Shown piece after piece: positions 48,130 to 57,961 of a stretch of 64,000 nt of DNA. This DNA is from Deltaproteobacteria bacterium (GTDB lineage Bacteria; Myxococcota; JACPTQ01), in the NCBI GenBank assembly GCA_016192705.1, contig JACPTQ010000049.1:2180-66179 (forward strand). The letters run 5' to 3'. Within the stretch, counting starts at the first letter, position 1; each line of letters opens with the position of its first letter. Both the position numbers and the translations under genes were made by a program. The notes beneath the pieces are model-generated. The model saw only the letters and a list, made by a program, of their open reading frames with translations. It was not told the DNA's origin and made no database searches.

Positions 48130-49647
48130 GTGACCTACGCAACGGGTCTCGTTCTCGGCTTTTTCGGAACAACGTTTTGGTTCGTCAGCGCCGAGACGTA
48201 CGTTGTCGCGAAGTCGCCGTCGCTCAGTTGGCCAATGCTCCTCGTCGTCTGTGCCGCGTGCGGACAGGTCGCGGGGTTCACGGCGCTCTACTTTCTCGGT
48301 GAAAAGATTCTGCGACGATTGAAGCGACTGCGCGCGAAGGTCGAGACGTTCGACGTCAGCCGTTTCCAAAAATCGACCTACGGCGTTCTCGCCGCGTCAA
48401 GCGTTTTGGGCTTTCCGCCGCTTTCGGTCGTCGCGGTCGCCTCGGGCACAATTCGTCTCAAGTATTCGACGTTTTTCCCGTTCGCGCTCGTCGGGCGCAT
48501 CATCCGGTTCACGATCGTATTGTTGCTGGGTCAACAGTTTCTCGCGCTGACGTGCGCGGGGGAAGGAATCAAACGCAAAGGCGCCGAGACGCCAAGGGAG
48601 GAGGCTTCTTTTTTGGGGCCTCTGCGGCTTAGCGCCTTGGCGTTGAAATCCCCTTGGGATGCGGGAGCGGCCCGCGAAGTCGTTCGGCGTTCGCGCGTGC
48701 AGATGGGGACGACGGTGTCGTTCAGCGCGGTTGGTGACGAAACCCACGTGGCGCGGGCGTTTGACGAGGCGTTCACCGAGATCGAGCGCTTCGAAGCGAT
48801 GGCGAGTGAGTACCGCCCCGACAGTGTCATATCGACGCTGAATGAAAACGCGGGCAGACGACCCGTCGACATTCCCGACGACCTCTTCGCGCTCATCGAG
48901 CGTTGCCTCGCGCTTTCGCGCGAATCAGGCGGCGCCTTCGACGTCACGTTTCTCGGCATGGGAAAAATTTGGGATTTCCGCGCCGACCCACCACGCGTTC
49001 CCGACGCAAAGCTTGTTGAAACCGAACGCAAGCGCATCGACCACCGCCGACTTCGCCTCGACGCCGTCAAAAAAACGGCCTTCCTCGAACGCGCGGGAAT
49101 GCGCGTCGGGCTTGGCGCCATCGGCAAGGGCCAAGCGATCGATCGCGCGGCAACGATCTTTCGCCGCCACGGCCTCGCGAATTTTCTCGCAGCGGCGAGC
49201 GGCGACCTTTACGTCGCCGGGTCGAAACCGGGCGGCGCACCGTGGCAAATCGGAATCCAGCATCCGCGCGATCCCACGCGGCTCGTGGCTCGCCTCACCG
49301 TTCGCGATCGCGGCGTCTCGACGTCGGGCGATTACGAGCGCTTCTTTGTCGCGCAGGGACGCCGCTTCCACCACATCATTGATCCGCGCACCGGCTACCC
49401 GGCCGACGGTCTCGCGAGCGTGACCGTCATCGCACCCGACGCAACAACATCGGACAGCCTCTCAACCGCCGCCTTCGTTCTTGGTCCCGCACGCGCTCTC
49501 GATTTTCTCGCGAAGCACCCCGGTGTCGACGCACTCCTCATCGACACGCGCGGCCGCATCACCCTAACGCCCGGCTTTCGCGCGCTCGTTCGGTTCGAGC
49601 CGCCGGCCACGGAGTCCCACGCAGGCGGCGACTTTTATCGCCCGTAG
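48130..49647 (+). CDS. apbE: Fusion of VTT/DedA-like membrane domain and FAD:protein FMN transferase
   Basis: N-terminal hydrophobic domain (GFPPLSVVAVASG...VGRIIRF), then MGT, GAFDVT, LGAIGKG, STSGDYER, HHIIDPRTGYP, SDSLSTA. Confidence 0.85.
   Translation: MTYATGLVLGFFGTTFWFVSAETYVVAKSPSLSWPMLLVVCAACGQVAGFTALYFLGEKILRRLKRLRAKVETFDVSRFQKSTYGVLAASSVLGFPPLSVVAVASGTIRLKYSTFFPFALVGRIIRFTIVLLLGQQFLALTCAGEGIKRKGAETPREEASFLGPLRLSALALKSPWDAGAAREVVRRSRVQMGTTVSFSAVGDETHVARAFDEAFTEIERFEAMASEYRPDSVISTLNENAGRRPVDIPDDLFALIERCLALSRESGGAFDVTFLGMGKIWDFRADPPRVPDAKLVETERKRIDHRRLRLDAVKKTAFLERAGMRVGLGAIGKGQAIDRAATIFRRHGLANFLAAASGDLYVAGSKPGGAPWQIGIQHPRDPTRLVARLTVRDRGVSTSGDYERFFVAQGRRFHHIIDPRTGYPADGLASVTVIAPDATTSDSLSTAAFVLGPARALDFLAKHPGVDALLIDTRGRITLTPGFRALVRFEPPATESHAGGDFYRP
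48558..48653. repeat. Palindromic repeat family B, in frame at the VTT/ApbE junction
   Basis: AAACGCAAAGGCGCCGAGACGCCAAGG...GCGCCTTGGCGTTGAAATCCCC. Confidence 0.88.
49594..49629. repeat. 36-bp direct repeat, copy 1
   Basis: TTCGAGCCGCCGGCCACGGAGTCCCACGCAGGCGGC, 34/36 identical to 50864-50899. Confidence 0.9.
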
Positions 49648-49727
49648 AACCCGCGTGTAAGCGAATGTAAGCGGTGCGCGCGGTCGAGTCGGTCTATCGT
49701 CAAGACTTTCAATGGAGGTTGATGGAA

Positions 49728-50849
49728 ATGAATCGATTAGCTCTCGCGCTGCTCGTGCCAGCCTGCGGCGTTTGGCAAGCCGAATCGCAGAAGGCTCCAC
49801 AACAACATTCTTCGTCGCTTCAAGAACGCGCGACGCCGTCGTCGACTCGAAGGTACGCGGCGGCCCCCGGAACCGAGTCCGATGCAAAACGCACAGCGGC
49901 GGTGACAATCGCTCCCAGCGACTGCCCCGTCGATATGGCGGCCGACATCGAATCGCGGTCGATCGACACGCGCAAGGCGCCGCCCGCGGAGCGCAGCGTC
50001 GACACGCGGCGTGGACGTCCCAAAACCCTCAAGGCGCCGAAGCGTGTGGCCTGGGTTCGCGGACATCGAAAACCGGTAGCCCCCTCCTTCGCCCTCGAGC
50101 CCTCGAAGGCGGTGGACCAGGCTCTCGACATCGAGAAAACAAACATGACCAACATCCCCGCGGGTTTCAGGTCGCGGGTCGCCGCATCTCCACGCGACGC
50201 GTCGCTTCGACTCGAATTAGCACGCTGTGAACTCCGTACCCCCGCGACACGGCGCCGCGCAAGTTATGACGCCGCCGTCGCGCTTCTCCTCGGGGCGCCG
50301 CGCGAACAGGTCGAGCCGGTTCTACTCGAAGCGACGGAAAACGAGAGCAACACCAACAACAGCTTTAGGTCGTGCGACGGGGCGTCGTCCTGCCCGAGCG
50401 GAATGGCGTGCGATCGCGGTTACTGCCTAAACGCCTTCGGCAGCGCTGTTTCCTTCATCTCGAAAGCCGACCTGGCGATCGAGGACACGCTCTCGCGGGC
50501 ACTTTGGAAAGTGGCACGGGACACGGACCGCACGGCGTCGCGGCGAAAAACTGGCGCGGACTGGTGGCTCCTCCGGCGCCTCCACAAATGCGGAAAACAC
50601 GTTTGCTCGTTCGAGGAGTATGCCGCGCGCGAGGGCACGGCGCTCGTTCGTTGGGATCGCCGCGACGGGGGCGAAGTCGTTACGATTAAGCGGAATCTGA
50701 CGCCGGGCGAAAAGGCGATTCTCGCCGCCAAAACTCGATGCTGGGAGCGGACGGGGTGGCAAACGCGTGGGAGTTGTTTACAGATGTGCGAAGTGCGAAT
50801 GCAAGGGGCCGGCTGTCGAACAAGCTGCTACGCCCACTGCTCCCTTTGA
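49728..50849 (+). CDS. Cys-rich secreted or lipoprotein, hypothetical
   Basis: SD GGAGG, hydrophobic leader ending in Cys, several Cys clusters. Confidence 0.7.
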   Translation: MNRLALALLVPACGVWQAESQKAPQQHSSSLQERATPSSTRRYAAAPGTESDAKRTAAVTIAPSDCPVDMAADIESRSIDTRKAPPAERSVDTRRGRPKTLKAPKRVAWVRGHRKPVAPSFALEPSKAVDQALDIEKTNMTNIPAGFRSRVAASPRDASLRLELARCELRTPATRRRASYDAAVALLLGAPREQVEPVLLEATENESNTNNSFRSCDGASSCPSGMACDRGYCLNAFGSAVSFISKADLAIEDTLSRALWKVARDTDRTASRRKTGADWWLLRRLHKCGKHVCSFEEYAAREGTALVRWDRRDGGEVVTIKRNLTPGEKAILAAKTRCWERTGWQTRGSCLQMCEVRMQGAGCRTSCYAHCSL

Positions 50850-50863
50850 TCTCGCTCACACCT

Positions 50864-50899
50864 TTCGAGCCGCCGGCCACAGAGTCCCACGCGGGCGGC
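50864..50899. repeat. 36-bp direct repeat, copy 2
   Basis: TTCGAGCCGCCGGCCACAGAGTCCCACGCGGGCGGC. Confidence 0.9.
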
Positions 50900-51067
50900 A
50901 CGTTTGACAATCACGCGCCCCCGACGCGCTAAGACCGCACCCCGACATCTTTTTCAGCGCCCCCAACACGGTTCTGCCCTCCCCGGACACAGTTTTGGGC
51001 GTCCATCACGCAATGGGAGCATTTTCTGCCGTGAATCTGGCGGCTTCTTGGCGGATCGCGCGCGAAA

Positions 51068-54000
51068 TTATTGCTGAAAAACGGCGAAGTATTGCCGCGG
51101 GAGACCACCGATCGTCGTGAAGTCGCCCCCCGCGTACAAGAGGCCCCCCGAGACCGCGAGCGCCCAGGGCGTGTTGTTCGCATTCGGGTTCCAGGCGGTC
51201 GCGAGTCCAGCGTCGTCGATCGCCGCGATGTAGTTTCGGCCCGCGTCGCCGATGTTGTTGAAGTCGCCGCCCACGTAAACCAGGCCGCCAGAGACCGTGA
51301 GCGCGTTGACCCCCTGGTCCGGGTTCGGGTTCCAGGCCGTCGCGAGCCCCGCGTCGTCGAGCGCCGCGATATTGTTACGGCCCGCGTCGCCGATGGTCGT
51401 GAAACCCCCGCCCGCGTAAACCAATCCGTCCGAGACCGTGAGTTCGGAAACCGAGCTGCTTGGCGCGTTCGGGTTCCAGGCCGTCGCGAGGCCGGCGTCA
51501 TCGAGCGCCGCGATGCGGTTCCGGCCAGCGTCGCCGATGCTCGTGAAAGAACCGCCCGCGTACACAATGCCCCCCGAGACCGCGAGCACGTCAACATAGC
51601 TGCCCGCGTTCGGGTTCCAGGCCGTCGCGAGAGCGGCGTCGTCGAGCGCCGCGATGTAGTTTCGTCCCGCGTCGCCAATGCTCGTGAAAGAACCCCCCGC
51701 GTAAACTAGGCCCCCCGAGACCGCGAGCGCCCGGACCGAACCGATCGGCGCATTCGGGTTCCAGGCCGTCGCAAGGCCAGCGTCATCGAGCGCCGCGATG
51801 CGGTTCCGGCCCGCGTCGCCGATATTCGTGAACGAACCCCCCGCGTAAACCAGGCCCCCCGAGACCGCGAGCGCCAGTACATCGGAACTGGCGTTTGGGT
51901 TCCACGCCGTTGCTGCCCCAGTTCCATCGAGCGCCGCGATTCGATTTCGGTTCGCGCCACCGAAGCTCGTGAAAAACCCCCCCGCGGAAACCCAACCGTT
52001 CGAGACCGCCAGCGCGTTGATTTGGCCGCCTGCGTTTGGGTTCCAAGTCGTCGCGACGCCGGTGCCATCAATCGCCGCGATGTAGTTCCGGCCCGCGTCG
52101 CCGATGCTCGTGAATACGCCCGCGGCGTAAACCAGGCCCCCTGAGACGACGAGTTCGCTGACCGTGCTGTTCGCGTTTGGGTCCCAGGCCGTCGCAAGCC
52201 CAGCGTCATCGAGCGCCGCGATTCGACTTCGGCCCGCGTCGCCGATACTCGTGAACGAACCCCCCGCATAAACCAGGCCCCCCGAGGCGGCGAGCACGTT
52301 GACCGCGCTGCTCGCGTTCGGGTCCCAGGCCGTCGCAAACCCGTCGCCATCGAGCGCTGCGATGTATTTTCGGCCCGCGTCACCGATGGTTGTGAAGTTT
52401 CCCCCCGCGTAAACCAGGCCCCCCGAGGCGGCGAGCGTGTAAACCGAGCTGCTCGCGTTCGGATTCCAGGCCGTCGCGAGGCCGGCGTCGTCGAGCGCCG
52501 CAATGTATTTTCGGCCGGCATCGCCGATCGTCGTGAAAAATCCGCCCGCGTAGACCAGGCCCCCCGACACCGCGAGAGCGGTGACTGTGCCATTCCCGTT
52601 CGGATTCCAGGCTGTTGCGACGCCGGTGCTATCGATCGCCGCAAGTCGGTTTCGGCCCGCATCGCCGATCGTCGAGAAGGCCCCGCCCGCGTAAACCAGA
52701 TTCCCCGACACCGCGAGCGCGGAAACCTGGCTGCCCGCGTTCGGGTTCCATGCCGGATCGACGTCGCCGCTCGCAAGAATATGCGCGATTCGATTTCTCG
52801 TTTGCCCGTTCACGGTTAAGAATTGGCCGCCGATATACCAGCCCCCCGCGTCGTCGCTCGCGATGGCACTGACGTCACCATCGACGCGCAACCAAGTGAG
52901 CGTCACCTTCGCCGTCGTTTCGTTGATTGCGACGAACGACCCGGTCGGCGGCCCAACGTGTGTGAACTTCCCGCCGATATAAACAAGCCCGTCCGATTCC
53001 GCGATCGCAAACACCGTTTGGTTCGCGACCCAGAAGTAGTCGAGCGGCGAATCGGGGTTTTTCCGATAACCGGGGTCGACGGTCGACAAGCCGCCGTCAG
53101 AGCCGCCGACCGACGCGAGGCAGCGATACCAGCGCCGGTGCCCGTTCGCGGGTGCTCCCACGTCATCGAACGATGCGCCAGTTCCTCCATCAAGATCGGT
53201 CGGGTAAGGATCATTCTCGTCGCGAAGGACCTGCCATTGGCACGCGATGTCACCTCCACGATACCCCGTGTCCGCCGCTGACCACGCGCTCGCGTCGATC
53301 GAGTTCTTCGCCCGCACCTTGTAACTCGACACGGCGCCGCCCGCCACGCTCGCGCCCGAGAGGGTGAGCGCGACGTGAGTCGTGTAGGTTCCGTCCGATG
53401 CGGTCGCATTGCCCGCCGAAGCCAGTACCCGCGGGGGTGCGCCGTAGTCCTCGAACGAAGTCGTCGATACCTCGGCCAACCCAGCGTCGTCCCTCGAAAC
53501 GAGATAGCTCGTCGCGCCCACGCTCGCGTCCCACGTGACGAGAACGTGCGTGCTGAATATTCCGTCGGATGCGACAACGCCCGTCGGAGCTTCGGGTGGT
53601 GACCCAGCATCTAAACCCGCGCCCGCATCCGCACCGGCGCCACCATCCGCTCCCGCGCCCGCATCGGACGAGGTGCAAAAAACGCCCGCCGCGCAGACGT
53701 AATTCAGCGTAACGACCTTTGCGCCGCCTCCGAATTGAATCGGCTGGAGCGCGTCGGTCACGGTCGAGACGGCTTCCGCGACGATCTCGATATTCCCCGC
53801 GTTCGTCCGATAGATTCTCCCCAGCACATTAAACCCATTACCGAGGGGATCGCCGGATAAGGAAAGCGCCCACGAAAGCTGACTCGTGAAAGGATTCGAC
53901 AGCGCGCTCACTTTCCCTTCGAGTTTTCCGTCGCCATCAACATCGCCAACTTCGAAGCTGTACGGAATCCCGTCGGCCACACCTTGCGTGACCGCGCGCG

Positions 54001-54259
54001 CCTCGGCGTAGAGCGAACCGGCGTCAGTGGGTTCGTCGAGAATGGTATGAATCTGCGAAATGGTGGCGCGAACGTCAGTCAAGAAACCCACGGGGAGCTG
54101 GTGGCGGATTTCGATAGTCTTTGACGTATCGACCACCGTGGTTGTGCATCGAAGCGTGAGCACGGCGGCGATACAACCGACCCAGCAGCGAGCGAAATCG
54201 ATGCGCGGCCCGTTGCCCACGATTGCCAATGTAGCACGTGGGCTACTCAACTTGAACAA
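51068..54259 (-). CDS. Large secreted beta-propeller repeat protein with Fn3-like region
   Basis: Twelve clear ~41-aa repeats (W[ND]PN..V.ALAVSGGLVYAGG.FT.IGDAGRN.IAALD) plus about two degenerate ones. Start uncertain. Confidence 0.88.
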   Translation of the reverse strand: MFKLSSPRATLAIVGNGPRIDFARCWVGCIAAVLTLRCTTTVVDTSKTIEIRHQLPVGFLTDVRATISQIHTILDEPTDAGSLYAEARAVTQGVADGIPYSFEVGDVDGDGKLEGKVSALSNPFTSQLSWALSLSGDPLGNGFNVLGRIYRTNAGNIEIVAEAVSTVTDALQPIQFGGGAKVVTLNYVCAAGVFCTSSDAGAGADGGAGADAGAGLDAGSPPEAPTGVVASDGIFSTHVLVTWDASVGATSYLVSRDDAGLAEVSTTSFEDYGAPPRVLASAGNATASDGTYTTHVALTLSGASVAGGAVSSYKVRAKNSIDASAWSAADTGYRGGDIACQWQVLRDENDPYPTDLDGGTGASFDDVGAPANGHRRWYRCLASVGGSDGGLSTVDPGYRKNPDSPLDYFWVANQTVFAIAESDGLVYIGGKFTHVGPPTGSFVAINETTAKVTLTWLRVDGDVSAIASDDAGGWYIGGQFLTVNGQTRNRIAHILASGDVDPAWNPNAGSQVSALAVSGNLVYAGGAFSTIGDAGRNRLAAIDSTGVATAWNPNGNGTVTALAVSGGLVYAGGFFTTIGDAGRKYIAALDDAGLATAWNPNASSSVYTLAASGGLVYAGGNFTTIGDAGRKYIAALDGDGFATAWDPNASSAVNVLAASGGLVYAGGSFTSIGDAGRSRIAALDDAGLATAWDPNANSTVSELVVSGGLVYAAGVFTSIGDAGRNYIAAIDGTGVATTWNPNAGGQINALAVSNGWVSAGGFFTSFGGANRNRIAALDGTGAATAWNPNASSDVLALAVSGGLVYAGGSFTNIGDAGRNRIAALDDAGLATAWNPNAPIGSVRALAVSGGLVYAGGSFTSIGDAGRNYIAALDDAALATAWNPNAGSYVDVLAVSGGIVYAGGSFTSIGDAGRNRIAALDDAGLATAWNPNAPSSSVSELTVSDGLVYAGGGFTTIGDAGRNNIAALDDAGLATAWNPNPDQGVNALTVSGGLVYVGGDFNNIGDAGRNYIAAIDDAGLATAWNPNANNTPWALAVSGGLLYAGGDFTTIGGLPRQYFAVFQQ

Positions 54260-54288
54260 AGCGCTGGCCGTTGCGATTTGCGCGTAAT

Positions 54289-55608
54289 TCAGTTCGGAAC
54301 GTCGCGCCCCTCGACGTCGTCGTCCTTCACTTCCCCCGGCTTCGGCGGCCGGAGCCCATGGTCACGCGACCTCCCGCGCATCTTCTTTCGCTCCACGTCC
54401 TGCGGCGTCTCCGGCGTCGCCGCGACGCTGGAACCCGCGCCCCGCTTTGGCGCCGCCTTGCCGCCCAACGTCTTTTGAAAGTAATCGACGTTCTTCGTGT
54501 GTTCGCCGTACGTCCGCGTAAAAACGTGGCTCCCGTCGTTCTTCGACACGAAAAAGAAAAACTCCGTTCGCTCGGGCTTTATCGCCGCGCGGAGCGCATC
54601 CTCGCCTGGACTCGCGATCGGACCCGGTGGCAAGCCCTTGACGTGGTACGTGTTGTACGGGTGCGCGATCCGAATGTTCGCGAGTGTGATGTTGCACTTC
54701 GACTTTTTCCACCCCTCGACCTCGTTGATCGCGTAACACGTCGTCGGGTCGGTCTGTAGAAACCACGCGGGTTTCGCGCGCAACCGATTGTGAAACACGC
54801 TCGAAATGAGCGGCCGCTCCTCGGCACGCCCCGTCTCCTTCTCGATGATCGAGGCAAGCGTCACGACCTTGTGCAAATCGAGCGCGTGCTCCGCGCCCTT
54901 TTCCTCGAGCTCAAGGCGCCTCTTCGCGTTCAAAAACTGCTTCACCATCGTTTTCATGATCGTCTTAGCGTCGGCGCCGAGCGGAAACGTATACCGTGCT
55001 GGATAGAGGTACCCTTCGATGCGAGGCGGCACACGCGCGGCCCTGAACGAATCAAGCGCCTCTTTCGGCAACCCGAGCTCGAGAAAAAATTTCGGGTCGG
55101 TCGCCGCTGCGAGAAATTCGGATGCGCTGACAATCTTCTTCTCCTCGAAGCGCCACGCGATTTCGTGCAGGTTGAACCCTTCCGGCACCGTCACGTTCCG
55201 CACGAACTGCACCGGTTCGCCGTACAGCGTCTTCAAAACATCGGCCGGCTTCATCGACGCGTGAAACGCGAACGTCCCCGCCTTGATGCTCCCCGACTTC
55301 AGTTTTTGTGGTTCCTCGATTTTCGCAAAAATCTTGAAGATAAGTTCGTTCGCAATGAGCCCATCCACGGCAAGCTGCGCCGCGACCGACTTGAACGTCG
55401 CGCCTTTTGTGATTTCGACGAAACGGTATCCGTCCACGACAAACTGCTCGCGCAAGTCGGCATCGGCAATTCGCGGAACCTTGAGGCGCGGCTCTGTGAC
55501 GCCTTGCGCGGGGCTCGACCGGAAATCCTCGTACACGAAAAGCGCTGCGCCGCCCGCCGCCACGGCAAAAAACAAAAGAAACGACAGCGGCAAAATCACT
55601 TTTCTCAT
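54289..55608 (-). CDS. mltG: Endolytic transglycosylase MltG
   Basis: VTVPEG, EGYLYPARY, TLASIIEKET, LQTDPT, PYNTY, GLPPGPIASPG. Confidence 0.95.
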   Translation of the reverse strand: MRKVILPLSFLLFFAVAAGGAALFVYEDFRSSPAQGVTEPRLKVPRIADADLREQFVVDGYRFVEITKGATFKSVAAQLAVDGLIANELIFKIFAKIEEPQKLKSGSIKAGTFAFHASMKPADVLKTLYGEPVQFVRNVTVPEGFNLHEIAWRFEEKKIVSASEFLAAATDPKFFLELGLPKEALDSFRAARVPPRIEGYLYPARYTFPLGADAKTIMKTMVKQFLNAKRRLELEEKGAEHALDLHKVVTLASIIEKETGRAEERPLISSVFHNRLRAKPAWFLQTDPTTCYAINEVEGWKKSKCNITLANIRIAHPYNTYHVKGLPPGPIASPGEDALRAAIKPERTEFFFFVSKNDGSHVFTRTYGEHTKNVDYFQKTLGGKAAPKRGAGSSVAATPETPQDVERKKMRGRSRDHGLRPPKPGEVKDDDVEGRDVPN

Positions 55609-56030
55609 TTTTTCCTCGCCGACAAGAACTCCTCAAGTATCACGGCCGCCGCGGCTCCGTCGATTCGCCGCTTGCGCTCGCGCTTAAACCGCGCGCTGTT
55701 CGGCGCCGCGACCCGAAGCCGCTCGGCCGCCGCGACCGTCGAAAACCGCTCATCCCACGTCAGAACCGGCACCCGCACCCGCGCACGCAACGCCTCCACA
55801 AACTCTAAGACGTTTGCCGCCGCCTTTCCGATCTCTCCGTCGCGACCAAACGGTACCCCAACGACGACGCCCTCAAACTCCCCCTCCTCGATATAGCGTG
55901 CAAGCGCCGCAAGGTCCTTTTCGCGCCCCACGCGTTCGAGCGGCTCGTCCGGCGTCACCACGATTTCGAACGCGTCGCAGTGTGCGCGCCCAATCCGCCG
56001 CGAGCCGTAATCAAGCGCCAAAAACCGCAT
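55605..56030 (-). CDS. ruvX: Holliday junction resolvase RuvX/YqgF
   Basis: LALDYGSRRIG, VVGVP, WDERFST, IDGAAAAVIL. Confidence 0.95.
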   Translation of the reverse strand: MRFLALDYGSRRIGRAHCDAFEIVVTPDEPLERVGREKDLAALARYIEEGEFEGVVVGVPFGRDGEIGKAAANVLEFVEALRARVRVPVLTWDERFSTVAAAERLRVAAPNSARFKRERKRRIDGAAAAVILEEFLSARKK

Positions 56031-56072
56031 CGCGCCGCAGCATTACGAGGATCGCGACGAATTGTAAAGTGT

Positions 56073-57224
56073 TCAGGAAATCCCAAGCATTGCAAGAATT
56101 TCCGCGGTGTGCTCGCCAAGACGTGGTGGCGGCCGATCAAGAGCACCCGGCGTCTCGGCGAGTTTCACCGGAATCCCGATCTGCGGAACGTCGCCGGTGA
56201 CAGGGTGTTTGACCGTTGTCACCATGCCGCGCGCGCGAAGCTGCGGGTGCGCGAGTGCCTCAGCGACCGTGTTGATCCGCCCCGCGGGGATGTCGGCCGC
56301 CTCAAACTTCGAAACCCACGAATCAACCGGCGCCGTCATGAACGCCGCTTGGAGCTCCTCAAACAGTGCGTCGCGATGGGCCACGCGATCGGGATTTGTC
56401 GCAAAGCGCACATCCCGCGCGAGATCGGGCCGCCCGATCGCCTCGCACGCCTTTCGAAAATGGCCGTCGTTCGCAGCCGCTAAATTGAAGTAGCCGTCCG
56501 CCGCGCGAAACGTCTCGTACGGCACAATCGACGGATGCCGATTCCCGGCGCGCGTCGCCGTTCGCCCCGACGTCATCGTGCTCGCCGCCTGAAACGTGAG
56601 AAGCGACGTGAGCGCGTCTTGGAGCGACACATCGACGTGCTGCCCGCGCCCCGTTTTCTCGCGCACCAAGAGCGCCAGCAAAATCCCCTGCACGGCGTAC
56701 AGCCCCGACGCGAGGTCGGCGATCGAAACGCCCGTCTTCATCGGTGGCCCCGCGGGATCCCCCGTGAGCGACTGCACCCCGCAAAGCCCCTGGATGATGA
56801 GGTCGTAACCCGGTTTCGCCGAAAACTCCCGAATCCCCGACTGCCCATACCCCGTGATGCTGCACGTCACAAGCCGCGGGTTCTCCGCGCGCAGCCCGTC
56901 GAGCCCGAGACCCAGCCGCTCGAGCGTCCCCGGCCGAAAATTCTCGACGCACACATCCGAAACCCGCGCAAGCGCCCGCACCACCTCGCGCCCGCGCTCC
57001 GATTTCAAATCGAGCGCAACCGATCGCTTTCCGCGATTCACGCTCATAAAATACGTCGACTCGCCCGCGATGAACGGCGGCCCAAACGCCCGCGCATCGT
57101 CGCCCCCCTTCGGATGCTCGAGTTTCACGACGTCCGCGCCCATATCCGCGAGGTGCATCGTCGCGAACGGCCCCGACAGCACCCGCGACAGGTCGAGCAC
57201 GCGAACCCCATCGAGAGGTTTCAT
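56073..57224 (-). CDS. CaiB/BaiF class III CoA-transferase
   Basis: PLDGVRVLDLSRVLSGPF, NRGKRS, ENFRPG, GYD. Confidence 0.95.
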   Translation of the reverse strand: MKPLDGVRVLDLSRVLSGPFATMHLADMGADVVKLEHPKGGDDARAFGPPFIAGESTYFMSVNRGKRSVALDLKSERGREVVRALARVSDVCVENFRPGTLERLGLGLDGLRAENPRLVTCSITGYGQSGIREFSAKPGYDLIIQGLCGVQSLTGDPAGPPMKTGVSIADLASGLYAVQGILLALLVREKTGRGQHVDVSLQDALTSLLTFQAASTMTSGRTATRAGNRHPSIVPYETFRAADGYFNLAAANDGHFRKACEAIGRPDLARDVRFATNPDRVAHRDALFEELQAAFMTAPVDSWVSKFEAADIPAGRINTVAEALAHPQLRARGMVTTVKHPVTGDVPQIGIPVKLAETPGALDRPPPRLGEHTAEILAMLGIS

Positions 57225-57230
57225 GGCCAT

Positions 57231-57268
57231 CCTCCGTGAAACCTCCGTGGTTCAGTGCCTCCGTGGTT
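57231..57268. repeat. CCTCCGTG x3 short repeat
   Basis: Minus strand CCACGGAGGCACT is shared with 33837-33849. Confidence 0.55.
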
Positions 57269-57280
57269 TCTCTTTATTCC

Positions 57281-57961
57281 TTACGCGTTCACGACGCGCG
57301 CCGGCGCCGCGTGCGGCTTATTCCAGAACGCGATTCGGTACGCGATGTATCCGACCAAGAGCCCGCCAAAGCTGTCGACGACGTAATGCTGCTTCGTCGT
57401 GAGAATCGACACAGCCAAGCAAAGCGCCATCCCGATCGTCACCAAGCCCGAGCGCTTGTTATCGCGGAATGTGCTCAAGGCGCACGCGAACGAGAGCGCC
57501 ACGTGCGACGAGGGGAACGTGTTGTTCGCGACGTCGATCTGCCGCACCCATTGAAGAAACGAAACATGCCAGTAATGGGTTCCGTCTGGGAGATCCGGCC
57601 GCGGGTAGCTCGACGGCACCGAAAGAAAAAACGCGCAGCAGATGACCATCCCGATTGCGATGCTCCCGAGCGTGCGGAAATAGATCTCGCGCTTACGAAT
57701 GGAAAAGGTGGAGACGTGAAAAATAAGGACGTAAAACGGCAGATAACACCAAACCGTCCACGGCCAAAACGGGACCCAGTTGTCGATTTCAAGGTAAAAC
57801 GCGGTCTGGCGCGCCGCGGTGAACTCGCCAATCCAGGTGTAAAGGAAGTAGCAGCATCCCGCGAACGTTAGGCTCCAGACGTATTTCTCGAGCTGCCACT
57901 GCCAGGTCAATTTTTCAGTTTTCTCGTCCACGCCTTCTCCGAAGCGAAAATCCGACACCAT
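57281..57961 (-). CDS. PAP2-family membrane phosphatase/phosphotransferase
   Basis: YPRP, NNTFPSSHV, SILTTKQHYVVD. Confidence 0.9.
   Translation of the reverse strand: MVSDFRFGEGVDEKTEKLTWQWQLEKYVWSLTFAGCCYFLYTWIGEFTAARQTAFYLEIDNWVPFWPWTVWCYLPFYVLIFHVSTFSIRKREIYFRTLGSIAIGMVICCAFFLSVPSSYPRPDLPDGTHYWHVSFLQWVRQIDVANNTFPSSHVALSFACALSTFRDNKRSGLVTIGMALCLAVSILTTKQHYVVDSFGGLLVGYIAYRIAFWNKPHAAPARVVNA

Noticed and set aside
50940-51023. Degenerate 21-bp periodicity downstream of the propeller gene
   Set aside because: Only three or four poorly conserved units, too weak to call.
51100-52800. CRISPR-like periodic repeats
   Set aside because: The period is 123-126 bp, in frame within a protein, with no unique spacers and no cas genes.
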